IMG/VR virus record: IMGVR_UViG_3300023096_000006
Coordinates: 1-62,793 of that record
DNA: 62,793 nucleotides
Source of the DNA: a virus
Taxonomy: Duplodnaviria; Caudoviricetes
Direction: 5' to 3' (one strand)
Shown here: positions 24,171-33,166 of the stretch, piece after piece
How the letters are laid out: each line of letters begins with the position of its first letter
How positions within the stretch are numbered: position 1 is the first letter of the stretch
Program-made: the position numbers and the translations under genes
The notes under the pieces: model-generated
What the model was told of the DNA's origin: nothing
The model's database searches: none
What the model saw: only the letters and a program-made list of their open reading frames with translations

Positions 24171-24589
24171 CAGCCGTTCCATCCCTGAGCACGAAGAACG
24201 GTAGCCAGGTCAGGCTTGAAGTAGTTCGGCCCCTTCAGTACCTTGCCTGCTGGCTCACCAGAGTCGTCGCCTTCAACTGCGTAGATGGGAAGACCATCCT
24301 CACCCAGCTTAGACATGTTGGATGCCTGTACAGCATCAAATCCTGGCTCGGCATCCATACCTGCATTGGACAGAAGCCCCAGGAGGAAATAGTTCACGTC
24401 TAGAACAGCATCGTAGATTTCAACTACGTCACCGGACTCCAGAGCCGGAACTAGCTCCTTTTCGAACTCATCACGAATGAGTCGAATGTGCAGTGCGGCC
24501 TCTTCGGGTGTGAGAGCACGTGGGGTGTTGGACACGGGTAGGTTGTAGGTCGTGCGAAATAGCTCGACGCCTTGTTGCATCTTTTCCAT
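24170..24589 (-). CDS. MazG-like nucleotide pyrophosphohydrolase
   Basis: E..E...DA..D..Y, V..SNMSK, GKVLKGP.YF.PDL. Confidence 0.85.
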   Translation of the reverse strand: MEKMQQGVELFRTTYNLPVSNTPRALTPEEAALHIRLIRDEFEKELVPALESGDVVEIYDAVLDVNYFLLGLLSNAGMDAEPGFDAVQASNMSKLGEDGLPIYAVEGDDSGEPAGKVLKGPNYFKPDLATVLRAQGWNG

Positions 24590-24598
24590 GCTCTACTT

Positions 24599-25366
24599 CT
24601 ACGCCCCAAGCACGCGATATACCAAAGCTCCGTGGATGTCAAGAAGTGCCTCAGTATGAAGTCGGCGCACGCTCGTCAGGGTGTCGTTGACTTCTTCGGC
24701 AATCTCTGGTAGCTCCAGGCCGATGTAGTACTTCAACGCGATGATGACCTGTTGTTTCTCTGAGAGTAGGTCTACAGCCCCGACAAGGGCTTCTCTCAAT
24801 GATGCTTCGAGAGCGGATGACTCAACGCTTCCCGATGTCTGAATCATGTCCCCGATAGTGGAGACGTTATCTGCATTGTAGTTGTGACCTACCACGGAGT
24901 CTTCCAGGTAAACCGGTCGAGAGTTGACTAGCTTGATGACCTTCTGTACCCGCGCGACGGGGAGATTGGCTACGTCTGCAAGTTCTTGTTCTGACTTTTC
25001 CGAAGAGCCATAGCCATGACTCTGAAGAATCTTGTAGTCCTTGCGGACTAGCTCATGAACGTGGTCCAGCTTTCTCAAGCTGCTGAGCATTTGACCGTTG
25101 ATGCTCTTTCTAGCGAAGACAGAGAAGAACTGACCTGAAGCAATGGATTCCTCAGAGTACCCATTCTCTTCCCCGTACTCCCGGTACCGCAGTGCCGCTC
25201 GAATGAGGCCGTGATATGCCTGCGATAGCAAATCATCTTGGTCAACGCCGAAGTCAGCCTTGCGCTTCAACCTACTCCACTGTCGGTGAAATAGGTACTG
25301 AGCGAGCGCATAGTTGTTCTTCACCAATGCGTACTGCTCAGGTGTCAGCTTCTCTGTCTTCTTCAC
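24599..25366 (-). CDS. Sigma-70 family, FliA/WhiG-like sigma factor
   Basis: DDLLSQAYHGLIRAA, F..FA...I.G....LRKLD, region 4 LSEKQQVIIALKYY..L.L.EIA. Confidence 0.85.
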   Translation of the reverse strand: MKKTEKLTPEQYALVKNNYALAQYLFHRQWSRLKRKADFGVDQDDLLSQAYHGLIRAALRYREYGEENGYSEESIASGQFFSVFARKSINGQMLSSLRKLDHVHELVRKDYKILQSHGYGSSEKSEQELADVANLPVARVQKVIKLVNSRPVYLEDSVVGHNYNADNVSTIGDMIQTSGSVESSALEASLREALVGAVDLLSEKQQVIIALKYYIGLELPEIAEEVNDTLTSVRRLHTEALLDIHGALVYRVLGA

Positions 25367-25368
25367 AC

Positions 25369-27039
25369 TTATCCCGTAATGAGCTTCATGAGGGACATCG
25401 GGTCCAATTGTGCAAACAGTTCGTTGTTCTCGTCCCAGATGTGGTCCGAAAGAGCCTGTTCACGTTCTAGCAATGGGAGATACCGCTGTTCCTGAGTATT
25501 GATTGTCAGAAGGTTGTGCACGAACACATGCTTATGTGCACTACCATCACGCCTAATTCTACCTGCTAGCTGCGCCATTCTGGACGGGTTCATAATCATG
25601 TCCATGTTGATGAGGTGTCGAGCGACCTGAAGGTTTAGAGACTGCTCAATAGCCTGTGTACCAATCAGAACTTTACAGTTTGGGTCGTCCCAGAATCTTT
25701 CCTGTGAACGCATGCGAGCGTCCTTGTTAGGGTTCTCTCCCCATACGGTTTCAAAGCCAATCCCAGCCTTGCGGAAGCGGTCCTGAAGGGTTCGCACAGA
25801 GTTCTTATAGTTGGCGAAGAGAACAACCTTCTCGTCTTCCAAGTCCCCCGTCAGTGTGTCTAGAATCCAGTCCATCTTGACGGAAGTGTTAGGACCGTCA
25901 GCTTCACCCAGAGTTGCAAGACCGCCACAGATTTGGGCACCGTAGTGAATCTTTGTCAGAGCGGTGATGTGCTTCAGTTCACTACCCTGCTCCTTCATGA
26001 TTTCTAGAACGCCACGACGTAGCTCGTTGTACTTGTTTCGCTGTGCGGGATAGAGGTCCAGGAAGACATCAGAAACGTTGACCTCGGGCAGGTTCACATC
26101 TACAAGGTCATCTACCTTGCGACGGAGTACCATCGGAGCCATCTTCTCTTTGACTTCCCGCATATTCATGTATGCCGGAACAGTCCTAGAGCCCGTCTTC
26201 AGTCCGGTTCTCTCGTCGTATTCGGAGATAGTGGTCGTCGTTACATGGCGCTTCAGGAATGCGTCTTCGGGTCCGAAAGCCTGACGGCCTCCGACCTCTT
26301 CCAGAGTGCTCCATAGCTCGGCTAGGCGCTTCTGTAGTGGGGTTCCTGTCATAACGAAGAAGCGGTCAGCTTCCCTGGCAAGCCTCTTGATGTTGACGGC
26401 GGTGTCCGTACTCCGGTTACGCATGGCATCAACGTCGTCTGTGAGCAACAAGGAGAAGTCAAAGTTGTGCCGAAGCACTTCATGGTCGTTGTTGAACGTC
26501 TGCGGCGAAATCAGCATGACATCCCACGGCTGAGCGTATAGCTCCATCCTCTTCTTACGGTCAGCTTGAGCCACAGCAAGATTCAAGTTGGGCATCATGC
26601 GAAGAAGCTCTGTGTTCCATTGCCCGATAGCAGGAGCGCGAGGGATGATGAGGGCTCGACCGACAGACCCTAGTTCTCCAGTCTGGTGAAGCATCGACAG
26701 CAATCCACCGGCATGAATGGTCTTACCCGTACCCATTGTATCTGCGAGGAGTCCTCGCTTCTTCATGTACATCCACATGATTCCGACACGCTGGTGCTGA
26801 CGGAAGAGAATGCCGCATTTTCTACATCCTGGTAGAGGTCGGTCATAGACCGTGCGGTGACGTTCCTCTTGCTTCTCCTCATCCCAGAACTTCTCTACCC
26901 AGCCGATGGCATGCTGACGGCAAGGGGAGTAGTTCCAGACATCTAGCTTAGGAAGAGCAAAGTCTGTGGATACACGTAGGCGAGCGGCCAGTTCTTCTCG
27001 CTTCTGGTCGCTGAAATTTCTAACGTCGTAGGACTGCAC
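25369..27039 (-). CDS. SNF2-family helicase
   Basis: LLADTMGTGKT, MTGTPLQ, LNLQ.A, Q..GR..R. Confidence 0.9.
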   Translation of the reverse strand: MQSYDVRNFSDQKREELAARLRVSTDFALPKLDVWNYSPCRQHAIGWVEKFWDEEKQEERHRTVYDRPLPGCRKCGILFRQHQRVGIMWMYMKKRGLLADTMGTGKTIHAGGLLSMLHQTGELGSVGRALIIPRAPAIGQWNTELLRMMPNLNLAVAQADRKKRMELYAQPWDVMLISPQTFNNDHEVLRHNFDFSLLLTDDVDAMRNRSTDTAVNIKRLAREADRFFVMTGTPLQKRLAELWSTLEEVGGRQAFGPEDAFLKRHVTTTTISEYDERTGLKTGSRTVPAYMNMREVKEKMAPMVLRRKVDDLVDVNLPEVNVSDVFLDLYPAQRNKYNELRRGVLEIMKEQGSELKHITALTKIHYGAQICGGLATLGEADGPNTSVKMDWILDTLTGDLEDEKVVLFANYKNSVRTLQDRFRKAGIGFETVWGENPNKDARMRSQERFWDDPNCKVLIGTQAIEQSLNLQVARHLINMDMIMNPSRMAQLAGRIRRDGSAHKHVFVHNLLTINTQEQRYLPLLEREQALSDHIWDENNELFAQLDPMSLMKLITG

Positions 27040-27045
27040 TGACTC

Positions 27046-27216
27046 TTATACGGCTGAGGTCGTCAACATGTCAGGAGACTCCTTGTCCTTCCTGCGCGCG
27101 GCTAGCGCCCCAGCGGGTCGCGCTACAGCAATCGCGTAGGCAGAATCAGCTAGGAACGCCTTCCGTGCTTCTACAAGAAGGTCGCGGAACGGGGATACAT
27201 CAAAGTCTTTCGCCAC
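27046..27216 (-). CDS. 56-aa hypothetical protein, probably leaderless
   Basis: Hand translation VAKDFDVSPFRDLL...; TACACT lies 7 nt upstream of the GTG. Confidence 0.4.
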   Translation of the reverse strand: MAKDFDVSPFRDLLVEARKAFLADSAYAIAVARPAGALAARRKDKESPDMLTTSAV

Positions 27217-27261
27217 AAGCTCTAGTGTAGCACCTGTGTACGAAATCTTTGTTCGAATATC

Positions 27262-27684
27262 CTATACAGTGCGTCGAGAATACGGGTTATCGGTGTCGTC
27301 TAGAGAAGCGCCTGTAGCCAGAGTCGTGTACCTCAGAAGCTCCTGCTCCAGGTAAGCGATGCGGTCTTCCTTGTCCTTGATACGACGTTCAAGGTCCGCG
27401 ATACGCTCTTCCAGCTTGACGCGCAGAGCGAAGCCTTCACGAGAATTCTTCTCTAGCTGAGAAATGTATTCGCGCAAGTCCTTGGTAGTTTCTTCCAAGG
27501 CAGAGCGGTCAGCGCGGCTGTCAGCAATACCTTCCTTGAAGAATGTCAGGACGGCAGTGACCTCAGCGGTACGGTCAGCAGGCGTGCGTAGCTTCTTGTT
27601 GAGAATGACCTGTGTTACAACGGAAGCCGCCGTAACAATAGCTACACCGACTCCACTACCCAGGAGAAGGCTAAGTAGGTCCAT
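27262..27684 (-). CDS. Membrane-anchored coiled-coil protein, possibly lysis-associated
   Basis: N-terminal TM helix plus heptad repeats. Confidence 0.65.
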   Translation of the reverse strand: MDLLSLLLGSGVGVAIVTAASVVTQVILNKKLRTPADRTAEVTAVLTFFKEGIADSRADRSALEETTKDLREYISQLEKNSREGFALRVKLEERIADLERRIKDKEDRIAYLEQELLRYTTLATGASLDDTDNPYSRRTV

Positions 27685-28145
27685 TAGATTTCTTCCTCTG
27701 CTGTCTCATCCTTAGCCGTGTCGTGTGCTTCGAAGAAGAATCGAGGAACAATAATGATGGCGCGGTACAAGTACATGGCTAGAATTGCGATAGCAAAGAT
27801 AACAGCTGAGTTGAATCTAGCCTCGCCGTCTGCAATCAAAGCAAGACTGGACGCAATATAAGCAAACGGTCCAACCGCCGCCAGAATGAGTCCCACGAGT
27901 TCGACAGAAACACCCAATACCCCTACTCTGCCTGGGAATTGTGAGGCCAAGTAACCCAAGATTTTTGTGGCGGAGCCCACCACAGCAACCGACATGCAGA
28001 TATTCAGAATGAGTGTGTCAACACGACCCTGCACAAAAGACTCTGGTGGAGACGCGATGATGAATAGCGGCCACCAGATACCTGCGATACCCAGCACTAC
28101 TGACCAGGCGTAGTGCCTGACTCGTAGCCTTTTGAGATTCTTCAT
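27684..28145 (-). CDS. 4-TM membrane protein
   Basis: Four hydrophobic segments; GAGGAGG RBS; late motif upstream. Confidence 0.7.
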   Translation of the reverse strand: MKNLKRLRVRHYAWSVVLGIAGIWWPLFIIASPPESFVQGRVDTLILNICMSVAVVGSATKILGYLASQFPGRVGVLGVSVELVGLILAAVGPFAYIASSLALIADGEARFNSAVIFAIAILAMYLYRAIIIVPRFFFEAHDTAKDETAEEEI

Positions 28146-28187
28146 GTCCCTCCTCAGAGAACGAGAGACGAATACGTTGCCCTCAAG

Positions 28188-28199
28188 TTCTACTATCGC
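28188..28199 (-). promoter_or_regulatory. Putative late promoter motif GCGATAGTAGAA
   Basis: One of 10 copies upstream of starts. Confidence 0.7.
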
Positions 28200-28234
28200 T
28201 TGAACTTACACGCAGCGAGGGTTCGTAAGAGGGT

Positions 28235-31198
28235 TTAGGCAGGGTGACAAGCCTTCATGAATGGAGCAAAAGCCTTGCCGTGAAGCATGGAGCCCTCCTG
28301 TGACAGGTGGAGCCCGTCACTGGAAACGTAGGGACTCATGTCGAATGGAGTTAGGGTCGAAACAAGTGTGCCTGATGGGTTGTAGATTTGACCGTTCGCG
28401 ACTGTGGCGCTGTAGTACGGACGAACAAACCATGCCCCGTATGTCTGAGAGCTTGTCTTCAAAGCAGCGTCAACGGCTGGACCCTGAGTCCACTGTGTGC
28501 TAGGTCCGATACTGCTCGTGATGAGCAATGCGTTAGGAAGAGCGGCGCGTAGTGTGCTCAAAACTGTGTCACTTGCAGACCCAACAGTGGAAGCCGCGAC
28601 ATTGTTGTTCAGGTCGTTACCGGCAGAGCCGATGATTACCGTCTCAGGGTTTCTAGCAATGACATCTGCCAGACGTGTGGAGTTCGCATAGGGAACTGTG
28701 TCACCGTTACGAGCGTATCCAGAACCAGAAGAACCGGCGTTAAACCAGTTGTCGTACCCGAGAGAGTGGGCGATGTAGTTGATGTAGCTGTGTACACCAG
28801 AGTACGTAGCGTACGCCTCGTCTCCCTGAGGGGACGTATGTCCCCACTCACCAGTCATGTGGTTAAGACCGGAAGAACCAGACTCACCGATGAATGCAAT
28901 GGTGTGCCCGATTGCAGGAGGAGCCTGGAAAGAAGCGCCCGAGTTTACACGGATGCCTGCAAGCTCACACAGCACCGTGATTTCGATGGTGCGGTACACA
29001 GCAGTAGGGAAGACTAGTTTCAAGAAACCTGCGGTTCCCTGGCCAAGGATGAACGGGTCATTCTCCATGCCCAGCGTTCCATCATTCTTGATGTAGCCAT
29101 AGTTCTGGGTCCACTTGCCATCTACCTTTACACGAACAGGTACATGCAGAGATGTGTTACCGGTGGCGACCATATCGGCTCGTCCACGCAGCGCAATCTC
29201 AATCTCCGTGGCATTGGTACGGAACCTTGGCCCCCATGGGGAAAGCTGGCGCGGGTTAGAGCTAGAAGGTGTTCCTGTGTCAGCGACGAATGGAGGGCGG
29301 TAGTAACCACTGGAGACAAGCTCCAAGGACGTTCCCTTGCCTGAGCCCGTCAGAACGATATTCGAGTCTGTGATGGGGACAAGAGTCGTGCCCAGTGTTG
29401 CGGTGGTGCTCTTAGAGGCCGTAGGAGCCGTAGCCATCGTCCAAGCTGTCTCCATCGTAGGCATCTGAGACTGACGAAGAGAGCCGCCAAATCCTGCACC
29501 GTCTCTAGAGAAGACTAGCTTGGTGCCTACGTACAGGCGGTCCAACCTGTGGTTCTGATAGTACAGCCGGTCCAGTGGACCAACGGTTCCTTGGTAAAGA
29601 GGAGAAGGTGTCTCAACAGGAGGTGTTACTCCTGAGCCTGGCAGGTAGAACAAGAACGTATTTGATGTCGTAGAGCCACCAAAGTTACCCTGGAAGACTG
29701 CGTTGGATGCAGCCGTGGCAACGATGGTGCTTGTGATAGCTCGGTAGTTTCCACCCAGAGCAGGCTCAAAAGAGCGTTGAGTACCCGTGTAGGTAGCCGT
29801 ACCAGAGACTAGTCCAAATGTTCCTACTGACGTTACCGTGCTGAAAGCCAGCGCAACGTTAGCGTACATACCGGCACCATTGATAGGTGGGGTTGCATAC
29901 AGCGAAGAGCTTGTGTTGTTGTCAAAGTACGCAACGGTGACACCAGCAGTGTTGACTCCTCGGAAGACAAAGCCCTTAGAGAATCCCGTACCGGTACCAG
30001 CGGAAGCAGGTACCGTAAAGGTGACGGTGGAAGCTGAAGCATTTGACGTAGTGAATGTACGACGGAAGGTGCGGTAGAAAATCAAGTTCTCTTGCTGTTG
30101 AGAACCAATTTCAGTCCAGCCAGCAGGAGGTGTTACAGCCCCTGAGGCGAAGAATCCAATAACGGCTACGGCAGTGTCGTCAGTGTTGTACGGAGGAAGG
30201 TTCAGCGTCACTGAGGTTGAACTGGTGTCGCTGTTCTCCCACCACGCGCCTACACCAATGTAGGTCGGTACTGTAGGCGCGGTGTTGCTCAGCGTGACAG
30301 TGACCGTAGAGCTTGTTCCTACGTTTCCCGCCGCGTCGTAAGCCTTGGCTACCAGCGAAGTGGAACCATTGGTGTAAAGCGTTGTGTCCAGGGAGTAGCT
30401 GAAGGTGCCAGAGCCTAGTGTCGCGTCTCCTACCTCCGCGCCATTAACAAGAATTGCTACACGTGAGACGCCTACAGCATCCGTTGCCGTACCAGAAACA
30501 GTGATAGTCCCGGACTGGCTAGATGAGTTTGATGGAGCCGTGATGGCTACTGCTGGAGCAGTTGTGTCTCCACCGCCACCGGACTCTACTAGAGCGATAG
30601 AGCGCACCGTGGAGGTCGTGTTCGACCCGGAGAAGTCGGTGAGCATACGTCCAGAAGAAGCGGACGTAATAGCAGCGTCAAAGATGAACTGACGCATAGA
30701 AGCCAGTGGGATGGTTTCGTATGCACGAAGCGTCTGACTAGCTGTAATGGTACCGGACGTTAGCTGAGAGGCGTAGGTTCGAGCAGCGTAGATGGTTCCC
30801 CACGTGGCCACAAACATGGGAGAAGCTGTTGTGAAGGCAGCGCTCTGTGCCCAGCTAGCGGAAGTACCGTTGTGAGAATCGTAGGGGGAGCCGCTGACAT
30901 CTACGTTAGAACCCGAGTAAGAAACTGCCAGACCCCAAGCCTGAGCGACAGGCAGGGTCCACGCAACAGAGGCAGCAGACATGGGCGTCGTGCGCTTGTA
31001 AGAACGTGTCCAAGCAGAACCAGAAACAAGAGCGGTACCTACCTCAGTCCATCCCGAAGGAGGAGTAAGAGGGGTTCCCGTCTGAAGAAGAATCCAGACA
31101 AGTCCGATACCGCCTGATGGGATGGCAGGAGTATCTACGTTGAGAGTGGTGGTGCTTGTGTCACTGTTTACACCTACGCCGCTGAATGCGATGGCCAT
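28235..31198 (-). CDS. Tail spike/fibre with Ig-like domain and C-terminal SGNH hydrolase
   Basis: DTTAP.V.IT.P Ig repeat; FIGES, GSGY, GND and DGLH SGNH blocks. Confidence 0.75.
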   Translation of the reverse strand: MAIAFSGVGVNSDTSTTTLNVDTPAIPSGGIGLVWILLQTGTPLTPPSGWTEVGTALVSGSAWTRSYKRTTPMSAASVAWTLPVAQAWGLAVSYSGSNVDVSGSPYDSHNGTSASWAQSAAFTTASPMFVATWGTIYAARTYASQLTSGTITASQTLRAYETIPLASMRQFIFDAAITSASSGRMLTDFSGSNTTSTVRSIALVESGGGGDTTAPAVAITAPSNSSSQSGTITVSGTATDAVGVSRVAILVNGAEVGDATLGSGTFSYSLDTTLYTNGSTSLVAKAYDAAGNVGTSSTVTVTLSNTAPTVPTYIGVGAWWENSDTSSTSVTLNLPPYNTDDTAVAVIGFFASGAVTPPAGWTEIGSQQQENLIFYRTFRRTFTTSNASASTVTFTVPASAGTGTGFSKGFVFRGVNTAGVTVAYFDNNTSSSLYATPPINGAGMYANVALAFSTVTSVGTFGLVSGTATYTGTQRSFEPALGGNYRAITSTIVATAASNAVFQGNFGGSTTSNTFLFYLPGSGVTPPVETPSPLYQGTVGPLDRLYYQNHRLDRLYVGTKLVFSRDGAGFGGSLRQSQMPTMETAWTMATAPTASKSTTATLGTTLVPITDSNIVLTGSGKGTSLELVSSGYYRPPFVADTGTPSSSNPRQLSPWGPRFRTNATEIEIALRGRADMVATGNTSLHVPVRVKVDGKWTQNYGYIKNDGTLGMENDPFILGQGTAGFLKLVFPTAVYRTIEITVLCELAGIRVNSGASFQAPPAIGHTIAFIGESGSSGLNHMTGEWGHTSPQGDEAYATYSGVHSYINYIAHSLGYDNWFNAGSSGSGYARNGDTVPYANSTRLADVIARNPETVIIGSAGNDLNNNVAASTVGSASDTVLSTLRAALPNALLITSSIGPSTQWTQGPAVDAALKTSSQTYGAWFVRPYYSATVANGQIYNPSGTLVSTLTPFDMSPYVSSDGLHLSQEGSMLHGKAFAPFMKACHPA

Positions 31199-31201
31199 AG
31201 G

Positions 31202-32548
31202 TTATCCCTCGATTGCGTAGAAAATGTATGCCGTGTAAGAGCCTAGAGCATCATACTGCGCCTGAGTACCCGTCCATACGCTGGCAGCAAGTGCAGCCTT
31301 GACAAAAGCTGTCGTAGCGATAGACGTGTCATTGTCGGAAGTTGCAGGAGTGGGGGCAGTCGGGTCACCTGTGAAAACTGGAGACGCCAAAGGAGCTAGC
31401 GTGGAGTGCGTGTGGTCACCAAGAGCAACCGTTGAGCTTGTTGTTCCGGTAGGAATCTGCGCAATAGGCAAGATTCCTGTGATATTGGCGTCAGTTAGCG
31501 CATGGCCATGAACCGTTGCAGCCTTACCCGCCAGGTCAGTGACAAGGTTTGTTACATCTGACTGCGCATGGGTATGAACCGTTGGGGCCTTACCGGCTAG
31601 GTCGGTAACAAGATTTGTTACATCTGACTGAGCAATAGCCGCGAAGGCGGCGAGCGCGGACGCTCCACCTGACCTAAGAAAGAAGCCTGCGGTTCCTGGA
31701 GCGATAGTTTGCTGAGCACTCGTGGCTGTCGTACCCGCAGCGATAAGTCCATAAGCCGTGGTTGCCGTTGTACGACCGCTTCCACCGTTAGCTACCGGAA
31801 TAGCTCCCGTGATAGAGATAGTCGGGTTACCTGCGGCACCTGAACCGTTAGAAACGGAAATGTACGTGGACCCGGTAATGGTACGGGTGGTGTATGTGTC
31901 GGTACCTGTACGGGTTACCATACCCGCAGTTGTAGCGGCCAGGAAGGCTGTCAAGGCAGCAGTCACTAGCTGACGGTTGTTGAGAGCCGTCTGAAGGTCT
32001 GTCTGAGACGACAGCGTTCCAGTAATGCCACCCCAGGCAGTCGAGCCACCTCCACCACTTCCACCAGCGGCAGAAATGGTCAACGTGTTAGACGTGTCGT
32101 TGTAGTCAACGGTGACGTTAGCACCGGCTACGACAAACGCGCCTACGATGTCCTGTACAGCCTCTGTGAGGTCCGTAACGCTCGCTGAGGTGTGAGTGTG
32201 GTCACCTAGAGCTACTGTCGAGCTTGTCGTTCCTGTAGGAATCTGTGCGAAAGGTAGGATTCCTGTGATGTTGGAGTCTGTCAGGGCGTGACCGTGAACG
32301 GTGTTTGCTTTCCCTGAGAGAAGAGAACTCACGCGAGTCTGAAAAGTGAGAGGTGTAAGAACCCTGGTCGCGTCAGTACCTGTGTTGACTTCAGTCTGTG
32401 TAGCAAGTTCAACGACACCTGGGGAGCTTGTAGAACCATTGTTCAGCAAGCCCCCCAGTTCGTTTAGGGCAGCACTTACAGCATTCGCCCACACCGTCTG
32501 CCCGGAATCACCAGGAGAGATTGTGGTTTCGAATGAGTAGGTTGGCAT
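31202..32548 (-). CDS. Tail fibre protein
   Basis: HxH repeats, GVVELAT, APLASPVFTG.PTAPT motifs. Confidence 0.8.
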   Translation of the reverse strand: MPTYSFETTISPGDSGQTVWANAVSAALNELGGLLNNGSTSSPGVVELATQTEVNTGTDATRVLTPLTFQTRVSSLLSGKANTVHGHALTDSNITGILPFAQIPTGTTSSTVALGDHTHTSASVTDLTEAVQDIVGAFVVAGANVTVDYNDTSNTLTISAAGGSGGGGSTAWGGITGTLSSQTDLQTALNNRQLVTAALTAFLAATTAGMVTRTGTDTYTTRTITGSTYISVSNGSGAAGNPTISITGAIPVANGGSGRTTATTAYGLIAAGTTATSAQQTIAPGTAGFFLRSGGASALAAFAAIAQSDVTNLVTDLAGKAPTVHTHAQSDVTNLVTDLAGKAATVHGHALTDANITGILPIAQIPTGTTSSTVALGDHTHSTLAPLASPVFTGDPTAPTPATSDNDTSIATTAFVKAALAASVWTGTQAQYDALGSYTAYIFYAIEG

Positions 32549-32577
32549 AGTTGTTCCTTAGCCCTATTGGTGTGGAA

Positions 32578-33114
32578 TTAGATGTCGCGACCGTCGCCGT
32601 TGTGTCCTTCTTCTACTGCAACATCTTCGGTTGTCTTGACCTCAACCGTGACGGGCTCAGCCGTCTCGATAACAGCGTCGTTGACAACTACGGCGTCTGC
32701 AACAACAGGTGTTGCAATCTCGCTGGCGTCGAACTGTACTTCCTTAGGAGTGATGACAGCCAGTACAGCAGCAAAGGCAGTCAAACCGAAGGATGTGTAC
32801 TGTAGCGCCATGTTGGCCCAGTCACCAGAGACGATACCCAGAGCAACAACGGAAGCAGCTACCGTAGTAGCCAGACCGTAGATAGTTGCACGACCGGCAG
32901 TACCAAACCAGCGGGCAGCCTCAGTTGGCTTCAGGTTGAACAGAGCCAGAGCACCACCGAAGACCTGTAGGGCAGCGGCGACGATAGCCATGATTGGCTC
33001 AACCTGTCCGGGCAGGACTAGTCCTGCGGTGACAAGGATAGGAGCCAGTGCCGCGATGGCTGTATACAGCTTCTCACGAGTCGCTGGCGTAAACCAGTTT
33101 CTAATAACGTTCAT
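32578..33114 (-). CDS. Holin with tandem duplicated domain
   Basis: Two WF...R..LY/IY..-TM-TM units and an acidic tail. Confidence 0.7.
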   Translation of the reverse strand: MNVIRNWFTPATREKLYTAIAALAPILVTAGLVLPGQVEPIMAIVAAALQVFGGALALFNLKPTEAARWFGTAGRATIYGLATTVAASVVALGIVSGDWANMALQYTSFGLTAFAAVLAVITPKEVQFDASEIATPVVADAVVVNDAVIETAEPVTVEVKTTEDVAVEEGHNGDGRDI

Positions 33115-33152
33115 TGGGGACTCCTCGTATGGGGGGTAGACATGCCCCTGCC

Positions 33153-33164
33153 TTCTACTATCGC
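33153..33164 (-). promoter_or_regulatory. Putative late promoter motif
   Basis: GCGATAGTAGAA upstream of the holin. Confidence 0.7.
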
Positions 33165-33166
33165 GC

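Noticed and set aside
8162-27039. Inteins or introns in RecA, PolA, DnaB or the SNF2 helicase
   Set aside because: Lengths and motif spacing look uninterrupted; no intein terminal motifs seen
31400-32310. DNA repeats in the tail fibre as a diversity-generating or invertible system
   Set aside because: They are in-frame protein repeats with synonymous divergence; no reverse transcriptase or invertase in the window
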